Notes: generated by a model not told the origin, from the sequence alone. A stretch of 20,000 nucleotides of DNA from an uncultured virus (IMG/VR IMGVR_UViG_3300025934_000016) (IMGVR_UViG_3300025934_000016), one strand, 5' to 3'; shown: positions 1-7,513, counted from the stretch's first letter. Numbers and translations are program-made.

Positions 1-177
1 GGTCACGGCGCTGTCTTGTGCCGGCGTAAGGTCTGCGGCCACTAAAAATAGCGGCTGAAAGCCGTAATCCATGGCGCCCCAACTGACGCCGAGGTCTGCA
101 ATGTACTTTGGGCGACGAGAGTCTGACGATGAGCTACCCGTGCCGATTGCCGGAACGACGTAGAGTCGGAATGCCAT
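1..177 (-). CDS. Hypothetical protein, 5' part only (runs off the left edge)
   Basis: ATG at 177 with AGGAG RBS just upstream; open to position 1: MAFRLYVVPAIGTGSSSSDSRRPKYIADLGVSWGAMDYGFQPLFLVAADLTPAQDSAVT. Not in the ORF track. Confidence 0.7.
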   Translation of the reverse strand, partial: MAFRLYVVPAIGTGSSSSDSRRPKYIADLGVSWGAMDYGFQPLFLVAADLTPAQDSAVT

Positions 178-189
178 AATCTCTCCTGG

Positions 190-513
190 CTACGCCCGTA
201 ACTGCGGGTTACTCGAATCCAATTTGGTAAGCATCTCGATACTGTTCTGGATCAGGCTGATGGCGGCAGGTGCTACCGCCATGCTGCCCGCGGTCAAAAG
301 CAATTTGGCAAAGTCGCCGACGGGGAGATTGACCCCCACCGCTGCCGCCGCGCCTGTGCCCGCCGCCAGTAAGAACCCGACCAGGCTTTGCAGATACACA
401 CGCGAGCCGCGAATAAGCGCCTGCTGCCACCATTTCAAAATAATTACTTGGGGATGGGGGCGTGGCTCGCCCTCGCGCTCTGTCATGACTACCTTGTCGG
501 TCTCAGTCGGCAT
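190..513 (-). CDS. Small membrane protein, putative holin
   Basis: ATG at 513 with AGGAG RBS. Two hydrophobic segments (VYLQSLVGFLLAAGTGAAAAVGV; LLLTAGSMAVAPAAISLI), preceded by a W..ALIR..R...Q pattern like r1t-type holins. Confidence 0.55.
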   Translation of the reverse strand: MPTETDKVVMTEREGEPRPHPQVIILKWWQQALIRGSRVYLQSLVGFLLAAGTGAAAAVGVNLPVGDFAKLLLTAGSMAVAPAAISLIQNSIEMLTKLDSSNPQLRA

Positions 514-524
514 GAAAAATTCTC

Positions 525-1154
525 CTACTTCAGAAGTTCCCGAACAATAACGACGATCAGGCCCGCAAAGGACACGCACGCAACGAACACCGCCACCATG
601 AAGCTATTACTAATCTGGTTTGTTGTCTGGGCGGATTGCTGCCCGCTGGTCTTCCCCTCGATGATCGTCACCCTATCCTTCAGATCGCTGATCTTACTTT
701 CGAGCGCGTTGTTTGATGTGTGGATTAGAGCGGCCATTTGCTCCATCGATTTGTTGGTTGCGTTCTCGCTTTTGTTTATGCTCAACGCGAAGGTCTCGTT
801 TTGCTTATTGACGGCTTTCTCCGCCGCCTGAAGCGCTGCATCAAGACTCGTCTTATTGCTTGCTGCCTCTCGGTCCATGCGCGCGTCGCGCTCGCTGAAT
901 TGCTTGACGATGGACTCAAACTTTTCCTGGTGAAGCTCCTTTAGGTGCGCAATCTGTTTATCGGTGTCGGTCGGGACGCGCGTTACATCCTCATGTAGTA
1001 GCTGCACCGCCTTGTCATTGGCGTCCAACCGCGTGAAGATGATTTCCTTTAACGACGCGATCTCACGCTGTACCTGCTGCGTGGTGAGAAGTGTCGGGTC
1101 GGGGATGGGCCGACTTCCCCCGCCCCTATGAAGCTGTTCTTCGTCGTTCGGCAT
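525..1154 (-). CDS. Coiled-coil protein with C-terminal transmembrane anchor
   Basis: 209 aa, heptad-rich helical body; C-terminal hydrophobic FMVAVFVACVSFAGLIVVIV followed by basic residues. Adjacent to the holin-like gene. Confidence 0.8.
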   Translation of the reverse strand: MPNDEEQLHRGGGSRPIPDPTLLTTQQVQREIASLKEIIFTRLDANDKAVQLLHEDVTRVPTDTDKQIAHLKELHQEKFESIVKQFSERDARMDREAASNKTSLDAALQAAEKAVNKQNETFALSINKSENATNKSMEQMAALIHTSNNALESKISDLKDRVTIIEGKTSGQQSAQTTNQISNSFMVAVFVACVSFAGLIVVIVRELLK

Positions 1155-1335
1155 TCTTTAAGTCATCCATCACCATCCAATCTCTGCGGTCCTGCTGACT
1201 CGTCAAATGAAAGCAGTTACAGTTCTGGCAATAATACGCGCGCTGCTCACGCCGCTTGGAATCCCCCCAGATCCGCAGCACGGAGATCCGTCTGAGCACT
1301 CGTGAGGCATCCTTTTTGGTGAATCTTTTCTTCAC
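1126..1335 (-). CDS. Small basic Zn-binding phage protein
   Basis: RAYYCQNCNCFHLTS fits the common phage R.Y.C..C...HLTS motif. Confidence 0.65.
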   Translation of the reverse strand: MKKRFTKKDASRVLRRISVLRIWGDSKRREQRAYYCQNCNCFHLTSQQDRRDWMVMDDLKNAERRRTAS

Positions 1336-1354
1336 GCATACTATTTGCCGCCGC

Positions 1355-1594
1355 TCAATTGTTGCTCTCCTCTAACCCCAGATACTTGCGCGCCACCTTG
1401 ATCGGGTCGCCTTCCTTCCACACCCAGCGGTCAAGCGCGGTCCCGTCATCGGTGAGCGTCCCTTCAAGCTTCCAGTTCTCCTGTCGGGCGAATTCCGTAA
1501 CCCCTGCCATTAACTGCTGCCCCGCCTTGCGCAGGTCGTTCACTTCGACCTTTAGCCGCTCGATCTCGGACTGTCGTTTCGCCGCTCTAGCCAT
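1355..1594 (-). CDS. Hypothetical protein
   Basis: 79 aa; TAATG-coupled to the upstream ORF; N-terminal coiled coil. Confidence 0.7.
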   Translation of the reverse strand: MARAAKRQSEIERLKVEVNDLRKAGQQLMAGVTEFARQENWKLEGTLTDDGTALDRWVWKEGDPIKVARKYLGLEESNN

Positions 1595-1809
1595 TACCGT
1601 GAATCCCTAATCGCCCGATCGACCAGCGCCCGCATGTCGCGCGTCACGCCGCGTACTCCCGCCGGCGGGCGGCTTGCGTCCTTCTTTGACCGATAGGATT
1701 TCGGGTTGGACCAGCGGTATTGATAGTGCGTCGATCCCATCAGCCTTTTCCATTCGCGGGCCGTGTAGGTCACGTCCATGTAGACAACGCTCTCCTCAGT
1801 CTTATCCAT
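1594..1809 (-). CDS. Hypothetical protein
   Basis: Start reassigned to ATG 1809 (MDKTEES...), which overlaps the upstream stop as TAATG. Confidence 0.65.
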   Translation of the reverse strand: MDKTEESVVYMDVTYTAREWKRLMGSTHYQYRWSNPKSYRSKKDASRPPAGVRGVTRDMRALVDRAIRDSR

Positions 1810-2075
1810 TAGGCTTGGCCCGCCACCATCGCGCAAAACGACTCTATGGCCTGCGCCAACTTGTGACACGCTCGGTCGTGTATGAAATCGCTGGCAGTGA
1901 GTCGCACCGCTTCCATATATTCCGCCTCGCCGACCGTGGCTCGGATCAAGAATTCTTCAGCCTCCGGCGTCGGATGGTGCTCCAGTACTGTCGTTCTTGG
2001 CACGATGAATTGTCGTCTATGCGCTGGCTCTTTGAAGCAGCACTTACATGTCCACGCCAAAATAGCGTCAGCCAT
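1809..2075 (-). CDS. Hypothetical protein
   Basis: 88 aa, overlaps both neighbours in operon fashion; contains CKCC. Confidence 0.65.
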   Translation of the reverse strand: MADAILAWTCKCCFKEPAHRRQFIVPRTTVLEHHPTPEAEEFLIRATVGEAEYMEAVRLTASDFIHDRACHKLAQAIESFCAMVAGQA

Positions 2076-2508
2076 TCACCAAACTCCGGTATTCCTTCTG
2101 GCACTCCGGGCACTCAAGCGGCGTAAACCCATTGGGCTGTCGCTGCCGATATCTGCCGCACCCTCGCGCGCATCTAAGATCGGGGATCTTCCCGGTATGA
2201 ACGTCAAACTGCCGGTCAAATTCCGCTGCTAATCCGTGGCGGTACTCCTGACAACCGCACCAGCAGCGTCCCGCCTTGGGAGGCGTGGAGAGTTGGTTAA
2301 CCGTCCAGATAGCCGGCGCCGCTGACCTGTGGCGCTCGTGATGGCAATTTGCACACGTCGAATACTTCAAAAAGCAGGAGAGACACCCAAAGGCCCGCGA
2401 GTAGGTGTCCAGGCGCTTCAAGACCACGCCGGACTCCGAGACCGTTGTCGATGGGCGACCGCAGCCGACGCAGGCCGTTTGCGCTATGGGGCTAAAATCA
2501 CTTGGCAT
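2068..2508 (-). CDS. Cys-rich multi-zinc-ribbon hypothetical protein
   Basis: Repeated CxxC-type pairs (CVGC, CLSC, CANC, CWCGC, CARGC, CPEC); ATG immediately follows the upstream TAG. Confidence 0.7.
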   Translation of the reverse strand: MPSDFSPIAQTACVGCGRPSTTVSESGVVLKRLDTYSRAFGCLSCFLKYSTCANCHHERHRSAAPAIWTVNQLSTPPKAGRCWCGCQEYRHGLAAEFDRQFDVHTGKIPDLRCARGCGRYRQRQPNGFTPLECPECQKEYRSLVNG

Positions 2509-2827
2509 CTATTCTCCCTTCCTCGTCTTCGAGTACGCTATCGCTCGCAGCATCGCCGTCTTGCCCCCCGGGCCGAAGTGCTTCGCCCGTTTCACCGTTG
2601 ATGGCTCCTTCGTGAACACTTCTTTCATGTTGCGCTGGAGCGCGCTTTTTACGTCGTCGCGGGTTACGCGGCTTTTGGGTCTTGTTGCCATTATTCACCT
2701 GTGCGGCCTCTTTGAGCGTGCGCCGTGGGTGGGGCGCCGATCCCGGCTTTACTCCCGCCGCAAGATCCCCTTGCATCTTTCTGAGCTTCTCGGCTAAGTG
2801 CGGGAGGTTTAGAAGATCGCGGCTCAT
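2498..2827 (-). CDS. Hypothetical protein (3' end uncertain; as written it fully overlaps 2509..2691)
   Basis: ATGA-coupled to 2824..3540 (MSRDLLNLPHLAEKLRKMQGDL...). A single indel near 2691-2734 would end it just before the 60-aa gene. Confidence 0.45.
   Translation of the reverse strand: MSRDLLNLPHLAEKLRKMQGDLAAGVKPGSAPHPRRTLKEAAQVNNGNKTQKPRNPRRRKKRAPAQHERSVHEGAINGETGEALRPGGQDGDAASDSVLEDEEGRIDAK
2509..2691 (-). CDS. Small basic phage protein
   Basis: AGGTGA RBS; 60 aa, Lys/Arg-rich, ending AIAYSKTRKGE, like small basic proteins found near phage head genes. Confidence 0.65.
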   Translation of the reverse strand: MATRPKSRVTRDDVKSALQRNMKEVFTKEPSTVKRAKHFGPGGKTAMLRAIAYSKTRKGE

Positions 2828-3540
2828 AGTCCCTTGGTTCGCTTCTTCCTGGTCTCCGAGCGATGCCCGCGCCGGTCCTCCTTCAGAAACTTCTTTTTCT
2901 TGGCTTCCGACCCGAACACCTCGGTCCACTTGCGGCCATCGAATATAATTTGGTAGCCGCCGGACAAAAGCTGAAACGGCTTTCGAACCTTCCCCAACTG
3001 ATCGAACGGCACCGACCCTGCCTTTCTGAACACTTCGAAGTAGGACGGATAAATAAAGTCCGACATGGGAATTCCGTTGACTGGGAAGCTTAATGCCTCC
3101 ACCGGGTCGCACGCCTCATACGCATACGTCAGCCGCTGGTTGGGTCCGGTCGTCATCATCTGGATGGCCGGGTCGACTAGCATCTCGGCCAACTCGTGCG
3201 AGGCCGACACCGAGACTAGCTCGCGGTTTTTAAGTGTGGTCTTGACGAATACCTTGGAGACCGGAAACCCGTCCGGAGTAAGATCGTGATAGGCGAGCGC
3301 CCCCGAAACGTCCGCATCATCGATAAACGCCATGGCCCATGCGCCCTTCACAAACCCGTCCGACTTGACGAGCTTGGCGGGACTTGCCCACCTTGGTGCG
3401 ACGTAATTGTCCACGTAGAGCTGCATGGCCGCGATCAGCTTGTCGAAATCGACCCCGAGGCCGACTGTGGCCTTGTTGAAGCAGGCAATGGTCGGCGTAT
3501 CCCCCTGATTAAACTGGCGTGAAATTGGTTTTTTGGTCAT
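2824..3540 (-). CDS. HExxE zincin-like putative metallo-hydrolase (PHI-1/EXORDIUM-like motif set)
   Basis: ALAYH...SHELAEMLVDP...YEACDPVE...MSDFIYPSYF; AAGGA RBS. Confidence 0.65.
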   Translation of the reverse strand: MTKKPISRQFNQGDTPTIACFNKATVGLGVDFDKLIAAMQLYVDNYVAPRWASPAKLVKSDGFVKGAWAMAFIDDADVSGALAYHDLTPDGFPVSKVFVKTTLKNRELVSVSASHELAEMLVDPAIQMMTTGPNQRLTYAYEACDPVEALSFPVNGIPMSDFIYPSYFEVFRKAGSVPFDQLGKVRKPFQLLSGGYQIIFDGRKWTEVFGSEAKKKKFLKEDRRGHRSETRKKRTKGL

Positions 3541-3550
3541 TTGGTTCCTT

Positions 3551-3820
3551 TCATCCTATAAATCCGTTCCGCTCGCAGTTAACCAAGATCCACCGGCTCG
3601 CCTCGCGCAGCTTCACCGTGATGATTGCCTTGACGTTGGGCGAAACATTTAGGTCGTCCAAGAACTCTTCAAACTTGGTCTCGAGTGCGTCTATGTCCTG
3701 GATACGCTCGGGTTCTGCGTTCGGACCAATAATCTGCCGACCGCAGCAGAGACAGTTCCCTTGTGGAGTGCAGCGGGCGGCTTGACCCGGCTGCATATGG
3801 CCGCACTCAGGGCAACTCAT
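3551..3820 (-). CDS. Hypothetical Zn-ribbon protein
   Basis: CPECGH...C....C.CC N-terminus. Its RBS (AAAGGA) lies in the last codons of the HNH ORF. Confidence 0.7.
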   Translation of the reverse strand: MSCPECGHMQPGQAARCTPQGNCLCCGRQIIGPNAEPERIQDIDALETKFEEFLDDLNVSPNVKAIITVKLREASRWILVNCERNGFIG

Positions 3821-4288
3821 TCACAATCCTTTCACTCCGATCGGGTGCGACTCCTGCGGCTTGGGCGTCTGCTTCTGCTTCCAGCGGATTTTTTTTTCTT
3901 TCCTACAGATTCGACAACGGCGAACACTCGTCAAAGGTTCGCTATAGATATTGCCGTCTACTAGAGCATGGCCGCTTTTGCACTCTGTTTTATGGGCATT
4001 TTTGGCGCTTGGACTCGTGCCTCGCAGAACGTTTACACGATGGGTCACGGCATCAAGATGCTTGGGGTTGATGCACCAAGTGTTTCGGCAAAGATGATCG
4101 ATGGTCAAACCGGCCGGGATTGCCCCGCAGTGTAGACTGTAACTAGCTCGATGCGCATAAAGGTTTTGGTTGCCAACTTTCAGCATCCCGTAACCCCGAC
4201 TCGTTGACCCAAGCCAAATCCAACAGCCCGTGTTTGGCTCCGGCATCGAATAGAATTCGAGTTTCTCTTCCAGCGTTCGGTCAATCAT
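3821..4288 (-). CDS. Free-standing HNH homing endonuclease (HNH_3 type with C-terminal Zn-finger)
   Basis: GCWIW..GYG..AHRASY..IDHLCRNTWCINPKHLDAVTHRVN, then KTECKSGH...RRCRIC. Confidence 0.9.
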   Translation of the reverse strand: MIDRTLEEKLEFYSMPEPNTGCWIWLGSTSRGYGMLKVGNQNLYAHRASYSLHCGAIPAGLTIDHLCRNTWCINPKHLDAVTHRVNVLRGTSPSAKNAHKTECKSGHALVDGNIYSEPLTSVRRCRICRKEKKIRWKQKQTPKPQESHPIGVKGL

Positions 4289-4338
4289 GGCTTTTAGAGT
4301 CCTTTAACGCCCAGAGGATAAGACTCCTGTGGTTTCGG
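3821..4338 (-). repeat. Diverged 45-bp direct repeat (3821..3865 and 4294..4338) encoding PKPQES(H/Y)P(I/L)GVKGL-stop
   Basis: 12/14 aa identical but only 31/45 nt identical; both copies end in a stop codon. Confidence 0.9.
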
Positions 4339-4863
4339 TCTCTTGGTGATATATGGGGGATTGAAGTCGAGCGCATAATTGACGGCCACTTGAAGCGCCT
4401 TGGCTCCCAGATCGAGCGAGTCCCCTGCCGCTGCCGCCTCCAATGCCTCCGCCGATAGCCTCCCCTCTTTGAATAGTTGGTCCACGTTCTGATGACCCAC
4501 CGCCGTCAATGCCCATCGCGGCGCGGACGCCGTGAGGATGTCGATACTCCAGGGTATCCGCCAAAGTAGCTCCCTCTCCTCATTGGTCGGCACCACGGCA
4601 ATGCGAAACTGAAAGCTCTTGTCATACTCCATGAGCGCCTTACGGACTTCGGGCCACATCCCCACATAGGCGTCGAGGACCGTGAACGATTGCGGCTTGG
4701 AGATCGAGAAGATCTCTCCTACCACGCACGCTGCGCCCTCCTGGCGGTCAAAAACAGGTAAAATAATTCCGCTAATGACCCTTCGATATTTGCGATCAAC
4801 GCCATCGACCTTACCAAACCAGTACGGTTCTTCTCCAGGCGGTGATTTGTGGCCGAGGATCAT
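4294..4863 (-). CDS. Hypothetical phage protein (probable host gene of the HNH insertion)
   Basis: Long ORF. The ORF-track start (4974) lies inside the adjacent cassette, so ATG 4863 (MILGHKSPP...) is preferred; start uncertain. Confidence 0.7.
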   Translation of the reverse strand: MILGHKSPPGEEPYWFGKVDGVDRKYRRVISGIILPVFDRQEGAACVVGEIFSISKPQSFTVLDAYVGMWPEVRKALMEYDKSFQFRIAVVPTNEERELLWRIPWSIDILTASAPRWALTAVGHQNVDQLFKEGRLSAEALEAAAAGDSLDLGAKALQVAVNYALDFNPPYITKRPKPQESYPLGVKGL

Positions 4864-4957
4864 GCCGCTAACAGACCGTGCGTAATAGCCCACGACTCCA
4901 GCGCTCCGCGCGTGTTTGAGTTTACTATTGGTAATAATATACTTGGAGATCGCGCAC

Positions 4958-5005
4958 ATGGAAACACCTACCACACTTTGTCGAGGTAAGAAACCTTACC
5001 GCTAA
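4958..5005 (+). pseudogene. Internally deleted transposase relic (METPTTL|CRGKKPYR*)
   Basis: GGAG RBS plus ATG directly inside the left IR. The start resembles IS1595 transposase N-termini (M..P.TL) and is joined to DNA resembling the C-terminal GKRLTY motif (GGT AAG AAA c CTT ACC). Confidence 0.4.
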
Positions 5006-5023
5006 ACCGTAAAGGAGAAGTTT

Positions 5024-5809
5024 ATGGATACGTCAACGATAAGATCGGCCGACCCTCACTCGGATGGAGATACGTCGCGAAAAGTTTCCGGCACTGCTTT
5101 CCCTTATTATAACCTCGCTGACACTGTATTGGTGGCCAAGGCGATTCACGACAAGGGCGGCGGGTCTGCCTCGCGTGAACAAATCGCCGCTTTCCTTGGA
5201 TATAAATCGGTACAGAACGGGGCGTTTTTAACCCGAATTGGCGCTGGAAGGACGTTTGGACTAATTGCAGAGATGAACAAGCAGCTTCGGGTGACGCCGC
5301 TCGGCTATAAAATAATCTCACCGGAAACTCCCGAGCAGTATCGTGAAGGATTGGTCGAATCTTTTTTGACGGTGCCATTATTCAAGGCTCTTTATGATGA
5401 ATACCGGGGAAGAGATTTACCCGAAGGGCTAGGACTAAAAAACGCCCTTCGTTTGAAGTTTCAAATCGTTCCCAAAAAAATCGATCTTGCATATAGGCTG
5501 CTTTTTGAATCAGCTGAAACCGCTGGCTTTTTTGAGACGCGGGGAAGCAAAACGCAACTTATTGTGCCTGTAATCAAATCTAGGCCGTCAGCTGAACCCG
5601 AGAATAAAAACCTGGCTGTAAATACAGGGTTTGGACGCGGCGGAGGAGAACCTCCGGATGGAACCTCTAAGCTGACAAAATCAAAAGATGATCTTCAAAA
5701 CGAATATATAGAGACACTGATAAGCTTATTACGCGAAAAGAGTAAGAACGGCGAAATGGACGATCAACTGATGGGTCGAATTGAACGATTGCTTGAGTTG
5801 AAGACCTAG
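5024..5809 (+). CDS. Tandem winged-helix-like DNA-binding protein (moron/passenger)
   Basis: AAGGAG RBS; FPYYNL...SREQIAAFLGY...FGLI...VTPLGYKII wHTH-like pattern, second helical domain, low-complexity linker and short C-terminal helical domain. Confidence 0.75.
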   Translation: MDTSTIRSADPHSDGDTSRKVSGTAFPYYNLADTVLVAKAIHDKGGGSASREQIAAFLGYKSVQNGAFLTRIGAGRTFGLIAEMNKQLRVTPLGYKIISPETPEQYREGLVESFLTVPLFKALYDEYRGRDLPEGLGLKNALRLKFQIVPKKIDLAYRLLFESAETAGFFETRGSKTQLIVPVIKSRPSAEPENKNLAVNTGFGRGGGEPPDGTSKLTKSKDDLQNEYIETLISLLREKSKNGEMDDQLMGRIERLLELKT

Positions 5810-5815
5810 TAAGGC

Positions 5816-5850
5816 GACGGCATACCGGACTGGAACTCCAGTATGCCGTC
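5816..5850. terminator. Stem-loop just downstream of the 261-aa gene (possible terminator)
   Basis: GACGGCATAC (5816-5825) pairs perfectly with GTATGCCGTC (5841-5850); no clear U-tract. Confidence 0.45.
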
Positions 5851-5957
5851 ATTAACCGCAGCGCTGGACACGCTCATATGTACCTCAATTTCTTGAGGCG
5901 CGGTTGTATCTGGGGTTTACCCCGCCCGCCACCATTTTGCAACAGAGGCTTTTTGGC

Positions 5958-6005
5958 GCTCTATTCAGGGGAGCGTCCCTAGACAAGATTCTCCCCTAAT
6001 AGAGC
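5958..6005. repeat. Inverted repeat with single-base bulge upstream of the 47-aa gene
   Basis: GCTCTATT(C)AGGGGAG ... CTCCCCTAATAGAGC: 15-bp stem, 17-nt loop. Confidence 0.6.
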
Positions 6006-6036
6006 TTTATTATCGCAGCAATATTAGGAGTATTCA

Positions 6037-6180
6037 ATGAGTAAGAAAGATCAACCGAAATCACGACTGATCGGCCGTGATGCTAAGACAGGCGAGTTTA
6101 AGCCTGTTGATTGGGCTCGCGCGCAGCAAAACAAGGATAAAGCCGTTGTGGAACGGTTGCCGTTGCCTAAGAAAAAATAG
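6037..6180 (+). CDS. Small basic protein with GRDAKTGxF motif (47 aa)
   Basis: AGGAG RBS at 6026-6030; MSKKDQPKSRLIGRDAKTGEFKPVDWARAQQNKDKAVVERLPLPKKK*. Below the ORF-track cutoff. Confidence 0.8.
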   Translation: MSKKDQPKSRLIGRDAKTGEFKPVDWARAQQNKDKAVVERLPLPKKK

Positions 6181-6181
6181 G

Positions 6182-6448
6182 TTAACGATCCTTTAATATT
6201 GTCATCTTCACGACCGACTTAGTCGGTATTGTGATGTTACCGCAACCATGAAGGAGAATGTCACCGTTTTGTTCCCCGGCTAAGTGCGGCACGATTGACT
6301 TAACCCTCTTGTCATCGTGGATAAGCCAACCAACGGAACGACAGTACAGCGGTTCCGCAGCCTGCTGTATCTCCTTCAGGTCTTGCCATCCCCTAGACGC
6401 ATGAGAGTCGAGCCATTCAATTAAGACAAGCTTTAAATTTTCTGGCAT
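6182..6448 (-). CDS. Conserved-type small beta-rich phage protein
   Basis: LVLIEWLDS...GW...CRSVGWL...IP...V pattern. Convergent with the 47-aa gene; ATG lies 3 nt inside the right IR with no RBS. Confidence 0.75.
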   Translation of the reverse strand: MPENLKLVLIEWLDSHASRGWQDLKEIQQAAEPLYCRSVGWLIHDDKRVKSIVPHLAGEQNGDILLHGCGNITIPTKSVVKMTILKDR

Positions 6449-6516
6449 TTGGTATACTTTACCAATATGCCAACAAAAATACTAAAGGCTCATCCTTCGC
6501 CACCGTTTGAGCGATT

Positions 6517-6621
6517 TCAGCAATTAACCTCATCGACTCGATAACAGCGCTCTAAAGCGTTGATATAGGACTCGTAGAGAGCGGGCGTACTATCGGTCGG
6601 AACCATCGCTAAAGTATTCAC
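6517..6621 (-). pseudogene. Probable truncated gene fragment
   Basis: GGAG RBS plus GTG; MNTLAMVPTDSTPALYESYINALERCYRVDEVNC* resembles the 'Y..A..AL..C..VDEVK' N-terminus of longer phage proteins. Stops about 50 nt before the cassette IR. Confidence 0.35.
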
Positions 6622-6637
6622 TTCGGCGCTCCAATCT

Positions 6638-7012
6638 TCATGTTTTGGCCAGCGGCGGCGCCGTAACGGGCGTCACGTCGGGTTCGGGCATCCGGATAGG
6701 TGGCAACTGGCCCGTCTCTACCGCAATAATATTGGTCGGTTGCAGTGCGATGAGCTTCTGCGTGCTCTCGGTCAATTGGGTGGAATCGAGCAGCGGCGGC
6801 TGGGTATAATCCCACAGCTCGCGTTGAAACCCGCTTGTGGCCTGGTCCACCATGTTCTGTATGCGGGCGTTAAACTGTGCCCGCGCCTTGGTGAGGCGGG
6901 TATAATCGTCTTGACAATACTTGCGCTCCCCTTCATCGACCACCTGCTCGCCTGGCGGAAGATCGCTCAAGATGCGCCGACACGCCCCGTCACATCGATA
7001 CTCAACCGGCAT
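6638..7012 (-). CDS. Hypothetical protein
   Basis: 124 aa; CDGAC...YC N-terminus, coiled middle, Pro-rich tail. Confidence 0.7.
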   Translation of the reverse strand: MPVEYRCDGACRRILSDLPPGEQVVDEGERKYCQDDYTRLTKARAQFNARIQNMVDQATSGFQRELWDYTQPPLLDSTQLTESTQKLIALQPTNIIAVETGQLPPIRMPEPDVTPVTAPPLAKT

Positions 7013-7015
7013 TTC

Positions 7016-7165
7016 TTACCCCACCCTTCCCCCGTTCTCGTGCTCTTGCTGGTGCGCCTTTAAACACTGATCCGAGCAAAGCCGCACGACAAACAGGTGC
7101 TCGGTGCAGACATACGGCAGCTCCGCCTCAAAGATCCCCTTGCAGTGAAAACAGCGAAGTCTCAT
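7016..7165 (-). CDS. Small Zn-finger protein (49 aa)
   Basis: ATGA-coupled; MRLRCFHCKGIFEAELPYVCTEHLFVVRLCSDQCLKAHQQEHENGGRVG* (CxxC...CSxxC). Not in the ORF track. Confidence 0.65.
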   Translation of the reverse strand: MRLRCFHCKGIFEAELPYVCTEHLFVVRLCSDQCLKAHQQEHENGGRVG

Positions 7166-7371
7166 CGGTGTCCAAACGACGGCGCATGACCACCGCCGCT
7201 AATCATCGGGGCAATCCAGCTTATGAGAAAGATGATCGCCACCACCACGACCACAATCCGGATGATTGTCTTGAAGATCGGGTCCATGGGAATATACGTT
7301 TCGATCAGGTAGATACACAGCCCGACTAGCGCAATTGCCAGAATCAAATAGATAAGTCCCATTGGGTCCAT
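7162..7371 (-). CDS. Two-TM small membrane protein (Thivi_2564-like)
   Basis: GGAGG RBS; LIYLILAIALVGLCIYLIETYIPMDPIFKTIIRIVVVVVAIIFLI. Confidence 0.8.
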   Translation of the reverse strand: MDPMGLIYLILAIALVGLCIYLIETYIPMDPIFKTIIRIVVVVVAIIFLISWIAPMISGGGHAPSFGHR

Positions 7372-7372
7372 T

Positions 7373-7513
7373 TTAGTTTCCCTCCTTTGATACAACCACC
7401 TTCCAGATCGCCCGCTTGACCTTGTTCACCACCGCCACCGCCCGGATGACCGAGAGATAGTAGATTCGCTTGGCCGTGCTAAGATCGTTCTGCTGCTGGT
7501 TAGATTGCGGCAT
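7373..7513 (-). CDS. Small hypothetical protein (46 aa)
   Basis: TGATG-coupled; MPQSNQQQNDLSTAKRIYYLSVIRAVAVVNKVKRAIWKVVVSKEGN* fills the gap exactly. Confidence 0.6.
   Translation of the reverse strand: MPQSNQQQNDLSTAKRIYYLSVIRAVAVVNKVKRAIWKVVVSKEGN

Larger units (their letters stand above)
4926..6467 (+). mobile_element. Probable IS1595-family-derived non-autonomous cassette with passenger genes
   Basis: Imperfect terminal IRs TATTGGTAATAATATAC (4926-4942) and revcomp TATTGGTAAAGTATAC (6452-6467), 15/17 with one gap. AT-richer, strand switch, transposase-like micro-relic behind the left IR. No TSD seen. Confidence 0.55.

Noticed and set aside
2824..2835. A third protein (zincin-like) also ends in KGL-stop, suggesting a shared C-terminal tag
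   Set aside because: Only 3 residues match, with no upstream similarity, and AAAGG/AGGGA-type RBS sequence for the coupled next gene favours K-G codons. Likely coincidence.
4864..4974. N-terminal extension of the 226-aa ORF in the track
   Set aside because: It runs across the cassette's left inverted repeat, so it is probably an incidental open frame.
6467..6544. 25-aa plus-strand ORF MPTKILKAHPSPPFERFQQLTSSTR resembling small IS-associated peptides
   Set aside because: No RBS, lies outside the IR, and is partly antisense to a better-supported fragment.
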